In this document: piece after piece, positions 25,866 to 39,300 of the stretch
Layout of the letters: each line of letters opens with the position of its first letter
Position numbering within the stretch: the first letter of the stretch is position 1
DNA from: Lama guanicoe
Lineage: Eukaryota
DNA: 64,000 nucleotides
Assembly: GCA_013239625.1 (NCBI GenBank)
Contig: MU053504.1
Location: forward strand, 498,001 to 562,000
Direction: 5' to 3'
Made by a program: the position numbers and the translations under genes
The notes under the pieces: generated by a model
Seen by the model: the letters and a program-made list of their open reading frames with translations, nothing else
What the model was told of the DNA's origin: nothing
Database searches by the model: none

Positions 25866-28800
25866 CCCCAGAGGGCACCGTGGGAGTTTCAGACTCATTG
25901 TGCATGTGTACGTGTGGGTGTGTGAGAGAGAGAAAGAGGGTCTGAGAGAGAAAGACTCACAGAGAGGCTGGCTTCCTGACAGACTGCAGCCTCTGAATTC
26001 AGTCCTTCCCTACTATTATGCAGAGTCACCGGACAGCACCTAGAGGTGCTCAAAGTTCACACATCTCAACAGCTTCATTTTACAAACAGGGAGCCTGTTT
26101 GAGATCACCCAGAGCTCCCATAGGGTGTAGCATCAGAGCCCACCCAGACCTCTGATCTCTAGAGGAAGAGGGTCCATGCTGGGTACCTTAATGCCTTCAG
26201 TCACTTTCCCTGTGACTCTAGGCGAGTCAGGTCACCTTTCCGAGCCTCCCTCATCTTGTCTGTACAATGGGCACAGCAGTGCCTTCCTATGGGTGAGAGG
26301 CCGGCGTGGAGCTTCCTAGCTGACTGTCCCAACTCCAAGCACAAGGAGTGTGTCAACACCATCTATCTGTTGCCATCAAAAGGCCTTTCAGAGACAGAGA
26401 AGAAGGAACCATGCACTCATTAAGGAAGGTTTGTCGAGTTCCGTGCTGTGCCAGGCCGGTTTGGGATGCACCGGCTGGAACAGTGCAGGGCATCCTCTTG
26501 TGCTTTGCTCTGGGCTGTGTGAAGCCTGGCTGAGGGCATCATTGCCTCTTCTGCCAGTGCCCTTTCACAGTTCACCAGCAGTACACATGCTGCTCAAGCC
26601 AGATGCCCCTGTATGTGTGTGTATGTGTGCACGTGCTCATAGACTTAGAAACCCTCAAAAGATGGAAAAATTGTGGTCCACAGAAGTTGTGTGTAGCCAG
26701 CCTGTGTCCTACTGATGTAAGAAGTGCTCCTAAAGGAGCATGGCAATGGAACCACCGTGAAGGGAGCCATGAACTCTGTCTTCTGTGGAGGCATGGGCGT
26801 CCATGTTTGAATAGAGCATGGAAGACAAGTAGGTAGAAGAAGCGTGGAACGGCTTTCTAGGCAGAGGGCACCCCATTGGCAAAAGCATGGTGAGCCCACA
26901 AGGTGAATCAGTGAGGATGGTTGGGAAGATGTGATTGAGGCGAGGCTGACAAGGAGGGCAGAGGCCAGGTTGTCACGCAGCTCTGTGAGGTGAGGCGCTA
27001 CCTTCATTTATAGATGGGAACACTGAGGTCCCAACAAGTCAAGAGAGGTGTGCCCTCAGGCCTGTGAGTCAGTGGCAGAGTGAAGTGTCCAGGTTCCTAG
27101 TTCTGCGCTGCCTCTACTGTGCTGGCCTGTGTCGCAGGAGATGGATGGTGGAGCTCCCTCAGGGCCCTTTTCTTGATACCTGGATTGACTGTGTGGGGTT
27201 CTGAGAACTCAGATCACCTGGTTGGCTGCCTGACTTCCTTCAGCTGGTGTTTGCTAGGCCTGGATTCTGAATCCAGTCCTGTTCCTGGCACCTGGGGAGA
27301 CTCCGAGCCCCTGAAGGCACGATGCCCATTTCCCTTTTGACCCTTGCAGGCTGAGCAGCAGCACACCAGATTCTCGAGCCCAGGTGCTGCTGCTCACAGC
27401 GCACTGGCCAGACGGCCTCTGCCACTCTGGTCACTTGCATGTTCTAAGCTGGATGTATTGCCTGCCTCTGAACAAAGATAGGGTCCTGTCATCAAGGAGG
27501 GAGGGGAGATGAACATTGGGTGGGCGGCGATTAGTGCACATCACCCCCACTCCCCAGAGACCTGGGCACCTCTCTCTGCTTCCCCACAGCTTGTCTCTTC
27601 CAGGCCCTGAAGAGTCTACCCCCTGCATTTCTCTCAAAGCCGTCTTTTCTTCATCACTTCCTCTTCTCCCATCTTAGCTCTCCTGGTGCCTCTCATCCCC
27701 TCCCAGCCCATTCCAACAGAGCTGCTACAGGGTTATCGTCTATAACCTAAACCTGACCTTGCCCTTTATCTGCTCAGAACATCTTCCTGTAGTCTCAAAA
27801 GCTGTTCCCCTAGCACCTGGTCTCCTCTCTGCTCCCTTTTGGCCCCTACACTGGTGTCCAGTGTACCCCACCCTTTATCTCCCCACTCCTCCGTGCCTCT
27901 GCAATGTTAGCCCTGCCACCTGTGCTGAATCCAGAATGCTCCTCCCCAGATGGCTCTGCATCCATCCTCAGAAGCCTGCTCCTGAGTTCTGCAGAGAGAC
28001 TCCCTCCCTCTTCTGCTCAGCCCCTCCCTGACACACGCTTTGATTACTGGGGCTATCGGGGTGGGCCCAGTGCACAGACACTTGGTGAACACTGACTGAG
28101 ATGGCCCTACCAGGGCTGCCACACAGATAAGAAGGGCTGATGAGGAGAGTGGAGAAGCTTAGGGAGACTTGCTTTCAATCTTGGAACTAGGCCACTTTTG
28201 AGCTAGGTCTTTCCAGGAGGCCTCAGTTTTCCTCCTTGCCTCTCGGGGGTGAAGACACTTATTGCAAGGCCAAAGAGACACAGAAAGATCATCTTGGGTA
28301 ATTCTTGTGTTTGAGCTTGAATTCCTTGCCTTTCAAGAGGCAAGGCTAAATGCCCAGGTTTTGTCCAGGGGGAAACACAGCTGCTGTGCGTGTGTGATGT
28401 GGGGAGAATCAGCTGGCAACTCAGCCCTTTAGGAAGGCAGTTTGGCAGCATGTTTACACTCTTTGACCACATAAATCTACTGCTGGGGAATCCATCCTGA
28501 GAAAATAATTCTAAATACAGAAAAATCATTATGCAAAGATATCTACTGTAGCATTCTTTTTGATAGTGAGAAAGTCTACATGTTCAACAGAGGGGACTGT
28601 TGCGGTAACCATGATGGATCCATGGAATGTTATACAGCCCATGAAATACTTTTTATACAGAATATGCCCTATTATGGGCAGTTCATAAATTACGTTAAAT
28701 TTTTCAGAGATATAATGGTGCCTCTATACCATGGTTCTAACTACGTAAAAATAACAATCTCCCCGCAAAAAAAGAGGGGTTTTTTTTTCCTGTGCTTAGA

Positions 28801-30493
28801 AAAAAACCTAGAAGGAGCAGCAATCAAATTTATCAGGGGTGTATCTTTGAGTAGCAGATTGAAGGCTTTTTTTAAAAAAAAAAAAAAGTATGTGCTACTT
28901 TTACAGCTATAATGACAACTTTCATAAATATAACTAGTTAACATTTCAAAATTATCCAGTTGGAGGTAATTCTGTGACCGTGTTGGGATGAATTACTCAC
29001 TTGTCTCTGGGCCTTGGTTTATAAAATTAGGGAAAGAAATGATCGCTCATTGGGCAGTGCGTTCCAGCCTCCTTTCGGGCATTACCTGATTAAACCTTCG
29101 CAGCTGAAACCCCACGTTGCAGACGAGGAAGCTAATGCTGAGGACTAGGTTCGGCAGCTGGATTATGCCCTAGGAAGGGCCCCTGCCTGGCATGCCGCCC
29201 CGGGAGCCCCCATGATTATGGAGATCTTGGCCTGCTCAGGGGAAGAGGCAGGGGAGAGGACACCTGAGAGCACTGTGTCAACGCGGCCGTGTAGGAGTTT
29301 ACCTTACAGGCCGGGGAGGCCGGGTTTGCCAGCAGGTGGGAAGGAGAAAGCTCTCGCTGACTGCAGCCAGAGTGCTGGTCTGTGCTGTGGCTTTCTGGAC
29401 CCAACAGCCTTTTCCTGAACTGGATTTCCCCCTCAGCCTGAGTCCCCTGTTCTGTGTTCCCTGCCTCCCTGTGTGTCCAGTGCCCTGGGTTTAGAGCTGC
29501 AAGGGTTTGAGTCCCAGCTCCACCAGTGATTTACCGGGGGCCTTGGGCCAGTGCCGCCTCTTCCCCTGACCTCAGATCCTCTGCTCATAAAGTGGGACTG
29601 GACTAGACTAGCGATTCCAAACTCTAGTGCTAGGCAGCTGACAAACACAATAGCCCAGGTTTAAGAGCAAGGGCACTGGTAAGAACTGGGAGAGAGGAGC
29701 CACTTCTCAGTCTTAGCCCATCATTGCCAGACAGGACTGTGGGCCCAGAGCTGCAAGATCTTTGGGGTTGTTAAATACAAGGTAGAAATCTGGGGGGTTT
29801 TAAGTGTGAAATCTCTCAGTTTATAAGTGTTGGCTGAAATTAAAATACGCAAAGGAAAGTGGCCTTACAGCCACAATGCGGTCTATGGGCTGCCACTTTG
29901 GGACTTCTGGAATCGCCTGCCTCTGAGCACCTCTGGCTTTGATCCTCTGGTTCCTGGACTCCTGGTCTGCAGGTGCTCCTGGAGGTAGCTCCAGGCACAG
30001 TGAGGCCCAGGCCTGCGAGAGCAGAAAGGCCAGTCTGCTAAGGAGGAGAGGCCCTAAGTTTGGCTCTCCTGGGCCCCCATACATGCCCTCCGCTAACACA
30101 TAGGCCTTGAAAGCCTCTGGCCTGCTGCCTGGGCTTGTTGTGTGCTAGGCGCTGTGCTTGGCAGCCTGACTCTCACAGCCCCACTTTACCGTCGTGGCAG
30201 TGGCTAACCTAACGTACACGTAAGGAAACTGGCCCTGATTGTGACTGGCCCGGAGGCACACAGCACCCAGCTGAGCTGGGATTTGAATCCAGGAGCGTCT
30301 GTGTCTACTCCCTGAGCTCCTGCATTGAGTCCTCACGCCCCTCAGAGGGGTCGGCTGGTGCCGGTGCTAATGGCAGTGTTTAGGACACGGAGCCAAGCAC
30401 ATACAGATGAGTGTGTTAGGTGTGCACACTTGTGCGTGAACACAGCTGGACCTACTGTGTGCAAATCTGTGTTCTGGGGACCTGTGCTTAGTA

Positions 30494-31147
30494 CAGTCAA
30501 CTCTCATTATTTGCAATAGTTATGTTCTATAAAGCTGCTGCAAACCCTGAGTTAGTGTGAAGCCATTGCTCTTGAGGGAAAACACAGGGTTAACTTCCTG
30601 GGAGCCTCTGGTTCTAACATTTTAACCAACTGACCAGTACGTAACCTTGTTTTCTTTATTTGTGTTTCTGTTTAAAAACGCCTTCTTCAATATATGTTGT
30701 TGATAACATTCACATTGAACTTGTGCCAACAGCACTATAACTAACATCTGAACAAAGCTTACCTGACACATATTTTCTTCGTAAGGTGCGTCACAGCCTC
30801 CCCGAGCTTAGGAACCCTGGGCAGCACTTCAGCACAATGCTTGGTTGGGGCCATTTTAAATTGCAACATCTGCCCCCCTCCCCCACAGAAAAGCACAAAA
30901 GTGTCTTAAAAAATGGATCTAAATCGACCACAAAAAGAACACTTGTTTACGAGAAATAAAACAAGAAGTTTGCTTTGTTCCATCTCAGCTGGGAACGTGG
31001 GCATCAGGCAACTCAGAGTTTTAATGGCTCTGCACGTGTGTGCCGATGACCATGAAGGAACAGAGTCCTGATTTGAGGCGTACAAATGAATGTCAGCCAG
31101 TAGGTGAATTCACAGAAACAGAATCTGCAAACAATGAGGATCCACTG
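30494..31147. mobile_element. Full-length MER82-like TcMar/Tigger non-autonomous DNA transposon
   Basis: 654 bp with imperfect terminal inverted repeats (cagtcaactctcattatttgca ... tgcaaacaatgaggatccactg), flanked by TA on both sides. Interior resembles the recalled MER82 consensus. Confidence 0.8.
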
Positions 31148-32039
31148 TAATTGCTGGGTCTTTCATCTTTCTCTGGGGTCTGCTGTCAGGATTTGAGGTT
31201 GTTGATACAATGGATTTCCTGGGTGTGGAGGTGTAATCTGGAGGGGCCGCTGGAATCGTTTCTGAGTTCCACTCTCAGCATTACCACCTACTTGCCACGT
31301 GCCCTCATGCAAGTTCTCTGGCCTCTGGAGCCTGAGTTTCCTTGGTGGTAAAATGGAGAGAACACCCCCTAACCTATAGGGGGACATAAGGGTGAATTGA
31401 GGGAATAAATGTGGAGCGGCCAGGACAGTGCCCGGCGAGAGACTGATGAAATGGCAGCTTTAAAACTGTGCTGCTTTCATGTTTTTCCTTCAGATGCAGG
31501 TTTTAAGAGTTTTGCACTCAAGACCCTGCTAGCTACTGAGGATTTGTAGATGAATAAAACCCTGGCTTAAAATCTAGCAGGAGAGACAGACCCAACTAAA
31601 TAGGACACCATGTGTAAAAAGGGCTATAATAATATAAATTAAGTACTACAAAGCTTTTTTTGCCCCATTTTGACTTGCTAAGAAGCCCACACTTACTTGA
31701 GTAGTGACATCAACCCAAGTGAGTGCAGAACCAACTATTTATCCAGCAAATACTTGTTAAGGGCCTGTAGTGCGCTAGGCACTGGGGACTACACTAAGAA
31801 CAAAACGGGCAAATATCCTTACCTTCCTGGAGCTCATAGAGACAATAAACAAAATCAATAAATATGTAATTATATTAGCTGTTGCCAAGGACTGTGAAGA
31901 AAATTAAGCATGGGAAGAAAGAGAGGGACCCATCACTGATATACAAACCACTGTAATGTCTCAGATTAAGATTTTGGGGTAGGATAAAGATGTAACATGT
32001 GTGAATAACATTAAGAATAAGACTAGATAGGTAAATAAA

Positions 32040-32270
32040 TCAGTGCTGTTTATGGAGTGCTTTTCCTATGCCAGGTCCTTGCTAGGCATTTAGCGTGTGT
32101 TATTGCTAACTGTGACTGTACTCCGGCACACCAACTGTGATTAGCCCCATTTTACAGATAAGAAGATTGAGGCTTAGAGAAGTAAAGCGGCATTGCCACT
32201 GGCATAAAGGTAGAGTGATGGGGTTTGGAATTCAAATCCAGGCATATTTGAGCCCAAAGCCATGGTTTCT
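32040..32270 (-). mobile_element. MIR SINE
   Basis: tttatggagtgc...tatgccagg...ccccattttacagataagaagattgaggcttagaga...ggaattcaaatccagg. Confidence 0.7.
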
Positions 32271-34780
32271 TTCTGTTAAGTTGGCCTCTTGGCAAAGGGG
32301 AAAAACTCATTCTGAGACAAAGGGCTTTTAATATGGGACATAGATGTTTCCAGAATCTTCCCCCTTAAAACATTTTTAAATGCTCACTTTAGCTAACTTA
32401 AGGGGTGGGGTAGCTTCTCCAGAGCTGGAAGTCTTGGGAGAGGGGTTTATAATTACCCACCATCCTCCAGCAAGCATGAGCTATGTTGGGCCTTGTCAAA
32501 GGCCCTGGAACTTAGCAAAGGCAAAAGAATTCAGCTTGACAGGGGAAATGCCACTGGAAATTGGCTGGACAGGAATCACCTGCTGAGGATGGCAGGGAGC
32601 TGGCACCTGGAGAAAGAAAGTGGGTCTGAGAGGAGAGGAAAAGGATGCTGATGTGGGATCGACATGGCTCCTGGGCTAAACAGGAACGGCTGGGTGAGCC
32701 TGTATCTCCTCGCAAAGCCGCCAGGAGCCTGAAGAAGATAGATGAAACTTGGCTTCCAACAGGAGTGGCGTGCCCAGGATGGTTGGTGAGACTGGAATCA
32801 GCTGGCCCACCTTCAGTCTCATGTCCCCTGCTCCTAGAGCTCACATTATGGCCTTTGGCAAGTCCTCGGTTTTCTGCTTAGAAAATGTGGCAGTTGGAAT
32901 AGATTGTCAGGAAATGCCAGGAGAGAGAGCAAGAGTGAGAAAGAGAGAGAATGCAAGAGACAGCATGAATTTACGTGGTTCCCTGTTTTGGATTCCCAGG
33001 GAGATGGAAGCCCTCTGACTCCATGGAAAGGCATGTGGTCCCAGGCAGGTCAGAGGATGTTGTGCTTTCCTTTAGCCCTTTGGTCCTTGTGTTCCACGGG
33101 TCCTTCAGTCTCGTGCCAGCAAAGCACAGCTCATGTAGGATGACCTGGGTGAGCACCGAGGGCACCGTCCTTCCTCTGTCTTGGGACCCCCCCCTTGCAG
33201 GTTCCCGACCAGGTAGTCCTCTATCCTTACGGCAAACCCCCTGCAATAATGTTTCTTTTAGCATTCATTTTTGGGGGATCTTTATTTCCCCTGAAGAACT
33301 ACTCTGCTCGCCGCTCTCCCCTAACTGTAAGAACAAGAAGATTAAGTATAATTTCTCTTTCTGCTTTGGTGGCCAGGAAGCTCAGGGTGGAAAGTGAACC
33401 TCATTATCACCACCATGTCTGTGTGTGCAGTCAGGCTGTGACATCCCTACTTCCTCAGGCCTCGATTTCAGTGTATATTTTACTATGTCATTTGTGAGCT
33501 GCCTTAAAGTTGGTGGGACTTCTGGCTTACCCTCGGCTTTCCTTTCATGATTTCTTTACTCAAAAAGCCACCCTTTGTTCTTACTTTATTGAACTTTTGC
33601 CTGATTCAGATGGGGGCATGGGGTGGGGGCTGTAAAGCAGCAGCATCATCACTAGAGTCAGGAGTTGCGCTCCCAGCCCACACTCTGTCCCCCACTTGCT
33701 GGCGAGCTTCAGATAAATCACATGCTCACTGAGTTTCAGTTTCTCTCTGTAAAATGATGGCCTGTGACAAAGTCTACCTAAGAGCCTCTACATTCTAGAA
33801 TTCTGTGTGTTAGCGCCTGTAGGTACCTGGGGTCAGTGCAGGGGAGAAGCAGACACTGACTCAAGGATCCTAAGAACTAAGGCAGAGATCTGGGGAAAAA
33901 GAGAGAATCCGTAGGGTCAGAGGCCCTATCCTGTGAGGCTTCAGAGCTGGGACCTCAGGGGGAGGTGGTGGGGAGAGGAGCCAGGCGGAGGCTTGACAGC
34001 TCTATCAGCTGGGAAGCCCAGGGAGGCATATGCTGCGGCCAAGGTCACTGAAGGGCTTCCATCTGCCAGGAGCCACTTACCAGGCAACTGCCAAGCCGGG
34101 GCTTGCGCCGTGGGCTGTCTGCCCCCCACACCTCCATGGCAGTCTGCAGAGGGGCACAGCTGGACAGCAGAGGGATAGAAACCAGGGTTACTTCTGCTGA
34201 CCTTCCTCATATAGGAGACCTGCCGGGCATTGCCCCGGAGAGCCGCCGCCAGACAGTCGGCCTGGTAGAGGTGCTAGTAATTTCAGAGTCACCCCCTGGG
34301 TCTGCTTGGCTGATCCTAAAGCAAGGAATGCCTCTGAAAAAGAAGAAAAGATCCCCTTCAAGAGGTATTGGTAGTAATAGCGAGAAATGTTCCATCCTCT
34401 GTTTGTCCAAGAACTTCCCCTGTCCCTCCATTCACTACCCTGGTTGAGTCATGAAGAGACAGGCAGGGTGGTTCTCGCTGAACGCCTGAGGTGGCTGCGA
34501 CTCAAACAGGTCAAGGGCCCACGGTCACTGGGTCACTGACGTGGCTCGAGGAGCTCAGGGTCTCTCGGTGCTGGGCGCACACAGTACCTGGTTCCCCTGC
34601 TGTCAGAAGTGTTGTACACGGTGGTCCTCATGGTGAGGGCTTCTCCTTTGCCCACGTGGCTGATTCCTGGAGGGACATGGAGAGACCTACACTGGTTACG
34701 GAGAAGATACATGAAAGAATTTCTTTTTGAATAATCTTCCTTTCTCTGCTAACCTCCTGTTTCTGTTATGTCCTGCTTTT

Positions 34781-35529
34781 TTTTTTCCCAGGAACTATAT
34801 TATTTTATTTTATTTATTATCTTTTTATTGAAGAGTAGTTGATTTGCAATATTGTATTTTACAGCTTAGCAATTCAGTATTTTTGCAGATTATCTTCCAT
34901 TACAGGTTATTACAAGATAATGGGTATAACTCCCTGTACTTTACATATATCCCTGTTGTTTATCTATTTTATATATAGTCGTTTGTATCTGTTAATCCCA
35001 TATTCCTAATTTGCCCCTCCCGCTTCCTCTCCTCTTTGGTAACCACAAGTGTGTTTTCTGTATCTGTGAATCTGTTTCTATTTTGTATATAGATTCATTT
35101 GTATTTCTTTTAGATTCACATATAAGTGATATCTCAAAATATTTGTCTTTCTCTGTCTGACTTATTTCACTAAGCATAATACTCTCTAGGTCCATCCACA
35201 TTGTTGCAAATGGCAATATTTCATTCTTTTTTATGGCTGAGTAATATTCGTTGCATGCTTATAGACCACATCATCTGCTGGTAAGCACTTGGGATGCTTC
35301 CATGTCTTGGCTACTTGTAAATAGTGCTGCTTTGAACACTGGGGTACATGTGTCTGTTCAAGTTAGTGTTTTCATGTTTTCTGGATATATACCTGGGAAT
35401 GGGATTGCTGGGTGATATGGTAGTTCTATGTTTAGTTTTTTAAGGAACCTCCATACTGTTTTCCACAGTGGCTGCACCAGTTTACATTCCCACCAACAGC
35501 ATAGGAGAGTTCCCTTTCCTCCACATGCA
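34781..35529 (-). mobile_element. 5'-truncated lineage-specific L1 (ORF2 C-terminus plus 3'UTR) with target-site duplication
   Basis: Minus-strand peptide PFATMWMDLESIMLSEISQTEKDKY matches the L1 ORF2 end. Duplication atgtcctgctttt at 34768-34780 and 35530-35542. Confidence 0.9.
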
Positions 35530-36084
35530 ATGTCCTGCTTTTGTGGAAGCGTGAGGAGCCCAGGATGCGGGGATATAACCCCCGCATCTCCATCGCGGTA
35601 TTTTAGAGTCTCCCGGGAAAGTAGATTTTTCCTTTTTCACGCAGCGTAACGGTATGTGCCCCAGTTCTCTTGTACTATGAGACCTTCATGATGCAGTAGA
35701 AACGCAGGCGCTTATGACCTGGAAGCCCAGGTGTGACCTTGAGTGATCTCGAAAGGTCTGCAGCTTCAGGTTTCCCATGTGGCCGATGGATCAGTCTCCA
35801 CCTGCCTCCCTCCACAGGGACTCTGTGAGGATCAGATGGTGATGGGGATGTGCCAAACCTTCAAAAGGGGCAGCCTTAGTCTCATGTCTCCTTCAGGCTG
35901 ACTCAGAGTCAGGAGCACCAGGGAGGCACCCATTCTGGGCCCGGCTGCCTGCAGTCAGGCAGGAGAGATGCTTCTCATTCCTGTCCTGTTGCTGCCTGCT
36001 GAGCCAGGATGCTGGGCTATTCCCTTCATTTTCCTGGACCATGCTTGTCTTTTTACAATGGTACATATATATATAAAATATATA

Positions 36085-36815
36085 TCACATACATGTATAT
36101 ATATTATTAAGATATATTCACATACCATAAAATTCACCCTTTAAAAATGTACAATACAAAGGGTTTTGGTACATTCAAAGTTGTGTATCCATCACCACTA
36201 TGTAATTCTAAAAACTTTTCATCAATCCAGAAAGAAACCCTGTACCCATTAACAGTCATTGCCTATTCCTCCGTCCCCCAGCCCTTGGCAACGGCTAATA
36301 GATTTCTGTCTCTATGGATTTGCCTCTTCTGGACGCTTCATATAAATCGCATCACAACATGTGGCCTTTTGTGTCTGGCTTCTTTCATTTGGCGTAATAT
36401 TGTCAAGGTTCATCCACGTTGTAGCGTGTGTTAATACTTCATGCTTTTTTATGACTAAATGTTATTCCATTGTATGTATAGACTGCATTTTATTTAGCCT
36501 TTCATCCGTTGATGAGCATTTGGGTTATTTCCTCCTTTTGGCTATTGTGAATAGCACTACTATGAACATTCCTGTACCAACTTTTGTTTGATCACCTATT
36601 TTCTGTTCTTTGGGGTATATACCCACTAGGGGAATTGCTAGGTCATTTGTGTTTAACTTTTTGAGGAGCTACCAGACTGTTTTCCATGGTGACTGCACCA
36701 TTTTACATTCCCACCAGCCACACACAAGGGTTTCAGTTTCTCCACATCCTTGCCCATACTTGTTATTGTCTTTTTGATTACAGCCATCCTAGTGGATGTG
36801 AAGTAGTCTCTTATT
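36085..36815 (-). mobile_element. Old L1 (L1MA/MB-like) 3' fragment
   Basis: Minus-strand remnant RMAVIKKT...GKDVEKL...AGGNVKW of ORF2, plus a typical L1M 3'UTR. Confidence 0.85.
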
Positions 36816-37010
36816 GCCAACTTCATTCTGGGCTTGCCTGCTTGTGTGTTCGGTTTGGCTCTGGGCGTGGGCTTCTGGGGAAGATGGGCTTGCTGTGTTG
36901 GGATGCTTGGAGTACTGCCTTGGACTAAATGATGCTTGCAGTGTGGCTCTTTTCTACTCCTGTGCTGCATTGAAGTGATGGGGACTGGGCTGTGTTGCAA
37001 ATAAATTGAT

Positions 37011-37014
<4 letters not shown>

Positions 37015-37048
<34 letters not shown>
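37015..37048 (+). repeat. (TG)17 microsatellite
   Basis: Read directly; followed by tatacacaca. Confidence 0.97.
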
Positions 37049-37052
<4 letters not shown>

Positions 37053-39084
37053 CACACATGGTGTAGATTTTTAGCCTATAAAATCCTTTAGAAAATGCAG
37101 CCTTATTTCAGACCTTCCATATGTAGAACAGATGGGTGGTTTCGAAACCACTGGGCTCGATGCCTTCCAAGCTCTGGAATCTGAGTCTAACCACTAGAGA
37201 CTTCCTGCCTAGCAGCCTCCTCAGCCCTCACTCCTGTCCTGGTTGCCTGGGAAGAGGGGGGCGCTTGCAGCATTTGACCAAGCTGTGGGCCTGCCCCGGG
37301 CTGTGCTGAGGTTGCTGCAGTGAGAAGGAGTCCAGTGGCTCCATCTGTGGTTCCAGCTCTGAGAGCAGTTTGTGCAGGAAACAGGAAGCAAGCTGGAAAA
37401 ATGCCACCACCGCGTCCCTTCCCAAGTCAAGGAAGAAGGGTCCTGGGTTTCGCTGGTGATTCAGGAAAGTGTAGTGGCTGATGAAGTCGCGAAGCCAGTG
37501 GGAGGTCCACGTGAGTAGCCCTCACAGCACTAATCCCCTGAGATCCAGGGATGGCTGCTGGAACCCTCCCGGCTGTCTTCCACCTTCCACTTCCTCTGCA
37601 TTAGCATTCTAGGAGCACCAGGCGCCCTGCTGTTTGACGGGCAGGCGGAATGTTCTGCATTCTAGTGTTGCCTTGGCAGGGAGACGATTCCTCCCAAGTC
37701 GGTCTGTTCTGTTGGTTGCATTGCTCTGCTTTCCACCGCCGTGAGAGGCCTGAGTCATCAGACACAGACTGTTCTGTTCCCTTGGATTTTAGGATAGCTT
37801 TCTTCTTTTATTGATGGCTAATTCTTTGGGGAAAAAAAGATAATTTATAGTACATACAGGGACTTTCACTTAGCTGGAATATTAGATTGCCCCAAGCGTC
37901 TGGTTTCTCCCCCATAACTTGCTGGTAGAATAAAATGCCATAGTGTCTCCTTGGAGGATGCAGCTTCTTAATTTTACAGATGGAGAAACTGAAACCTAGG
38001 AGTTCTAGTGATTGAAAGGGAAGGAAGCATCAATTGGAAGTCTATCATTTCATTAACAGCCCTAGAATTAGAGAATGTTGGACCCAGAAGCATCTCAGAG
38101 ACCATCTAATCCAACGCCCTTGGTCTATCAAACGTGCCTGTTTAAACCATTGTGTTACTAACAGTTGTGTGTTGATGGTGTTTATTTTATGAATTCCAGA
38201 GGGTGGTTTTCCCTGAATTTCAACCCAAGGCATGGCCTGCTAAGTGGTCAAGAGAGTAAGTGACGGGAGAAGTCCCAGGAGGGAAGGCCTGGCAGGCAGA
38301 GCCTTACAGAAAGCGTGATGTGTACAGGAGGACAGGGCCGGGCAGGGCCGGGCAGGGCAGGTGCTGCCGGCTGGGCAAACAGCTTGTGCAAAGATGTGGG
38401 AGGAACTTACAGGGCTTTCCTCAGGGGTCAGCAGGCAGCTGTGAACCGGTTGGAAAGGGTATAGACGAGAGGGCCTTGAATGCCAGGATCAAGAGCTTTG
38501 CCCTAATATTTACTCAACTGGGGGCCTCTGATGAGTTTTGGGGTTCCAGGCCTTTTTCTCTATTGCTCCTGCTGCTGCCCTGACCCAGGCCCTTCTCATT
38601 TTCGGATAACCTCCTAACTGATCTGTCTGCCTCTATTCTTGCCCCTTTCCAGCTATAGTCCACAAAAGCCCCTGCTTAGGAGCTTTCTCAAATGTAAATC
38701 TGATTCTGTCCATCCCCCTTTTAAGCCCTTCCATGGCTCCCTATTGCCCAGTGGACAAGATCCTGGCTTTTGCGGCCCTGTATAACCTGCCTACCCCCCG
38801 CTTCTGCAGCCTCACTCTCGCTGTGCCTCTGCCTCTCCCAGGTTGCCTAGTTTCCTGAGCAGTCACGCTATTGAATCACTCACTGCTTTTGCCCAGGCTT
38901 CTCCATCCCTCCCACTCACTTTCTCTGCCTGGTGAACTCCTATTCATCCTTCAAGACTCAACGTAAATTTCCTTTTGTAGAGGCTTTCCCTGACCCTCCT
39001 GAAGCCACCATTAAGCCCTGAATGTGCTTCTGTTTTGAAGCTCACATTGCGTTGCAGTTATCTACCTCCAAAATCCTGGCAGTT

Positions 39085-39300
39085 CCCATTTTTGAGTGTT
39101 GTGTGGTGGGCCCTGGGCTAAGCCCCATGCATGTGTTACCCCGTGTTATTCTCACAATAACCATATGAGATGCTTTGAGTTAGAGCCCCACTTACAGATG
39201 AGGAAGCGAAGGCTCAGAGAAGTGGCGTGACTTGCCCAAGGCAGACAGCTGGAGGGTGATGGAACTGGGATTTGAGCCCAGATCTCTGACTATTTCTGAC
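39085..39300 (-). mobile_element. MIR SINE, preceded by an L2-like remnant at about 38580-39060
   Basis: ctcacaataacc...ttacagatgaggaagcgaaggctcagaga...gacttgcccaagg...ggatttgagcccag. Confidence 0.7.

Noticed and set aside
26020..26040. Full canonical RE1/NRSE site
   Set aside because: Only the right half (ggacagcacc) matches; the left half is absent at canonical spacing.
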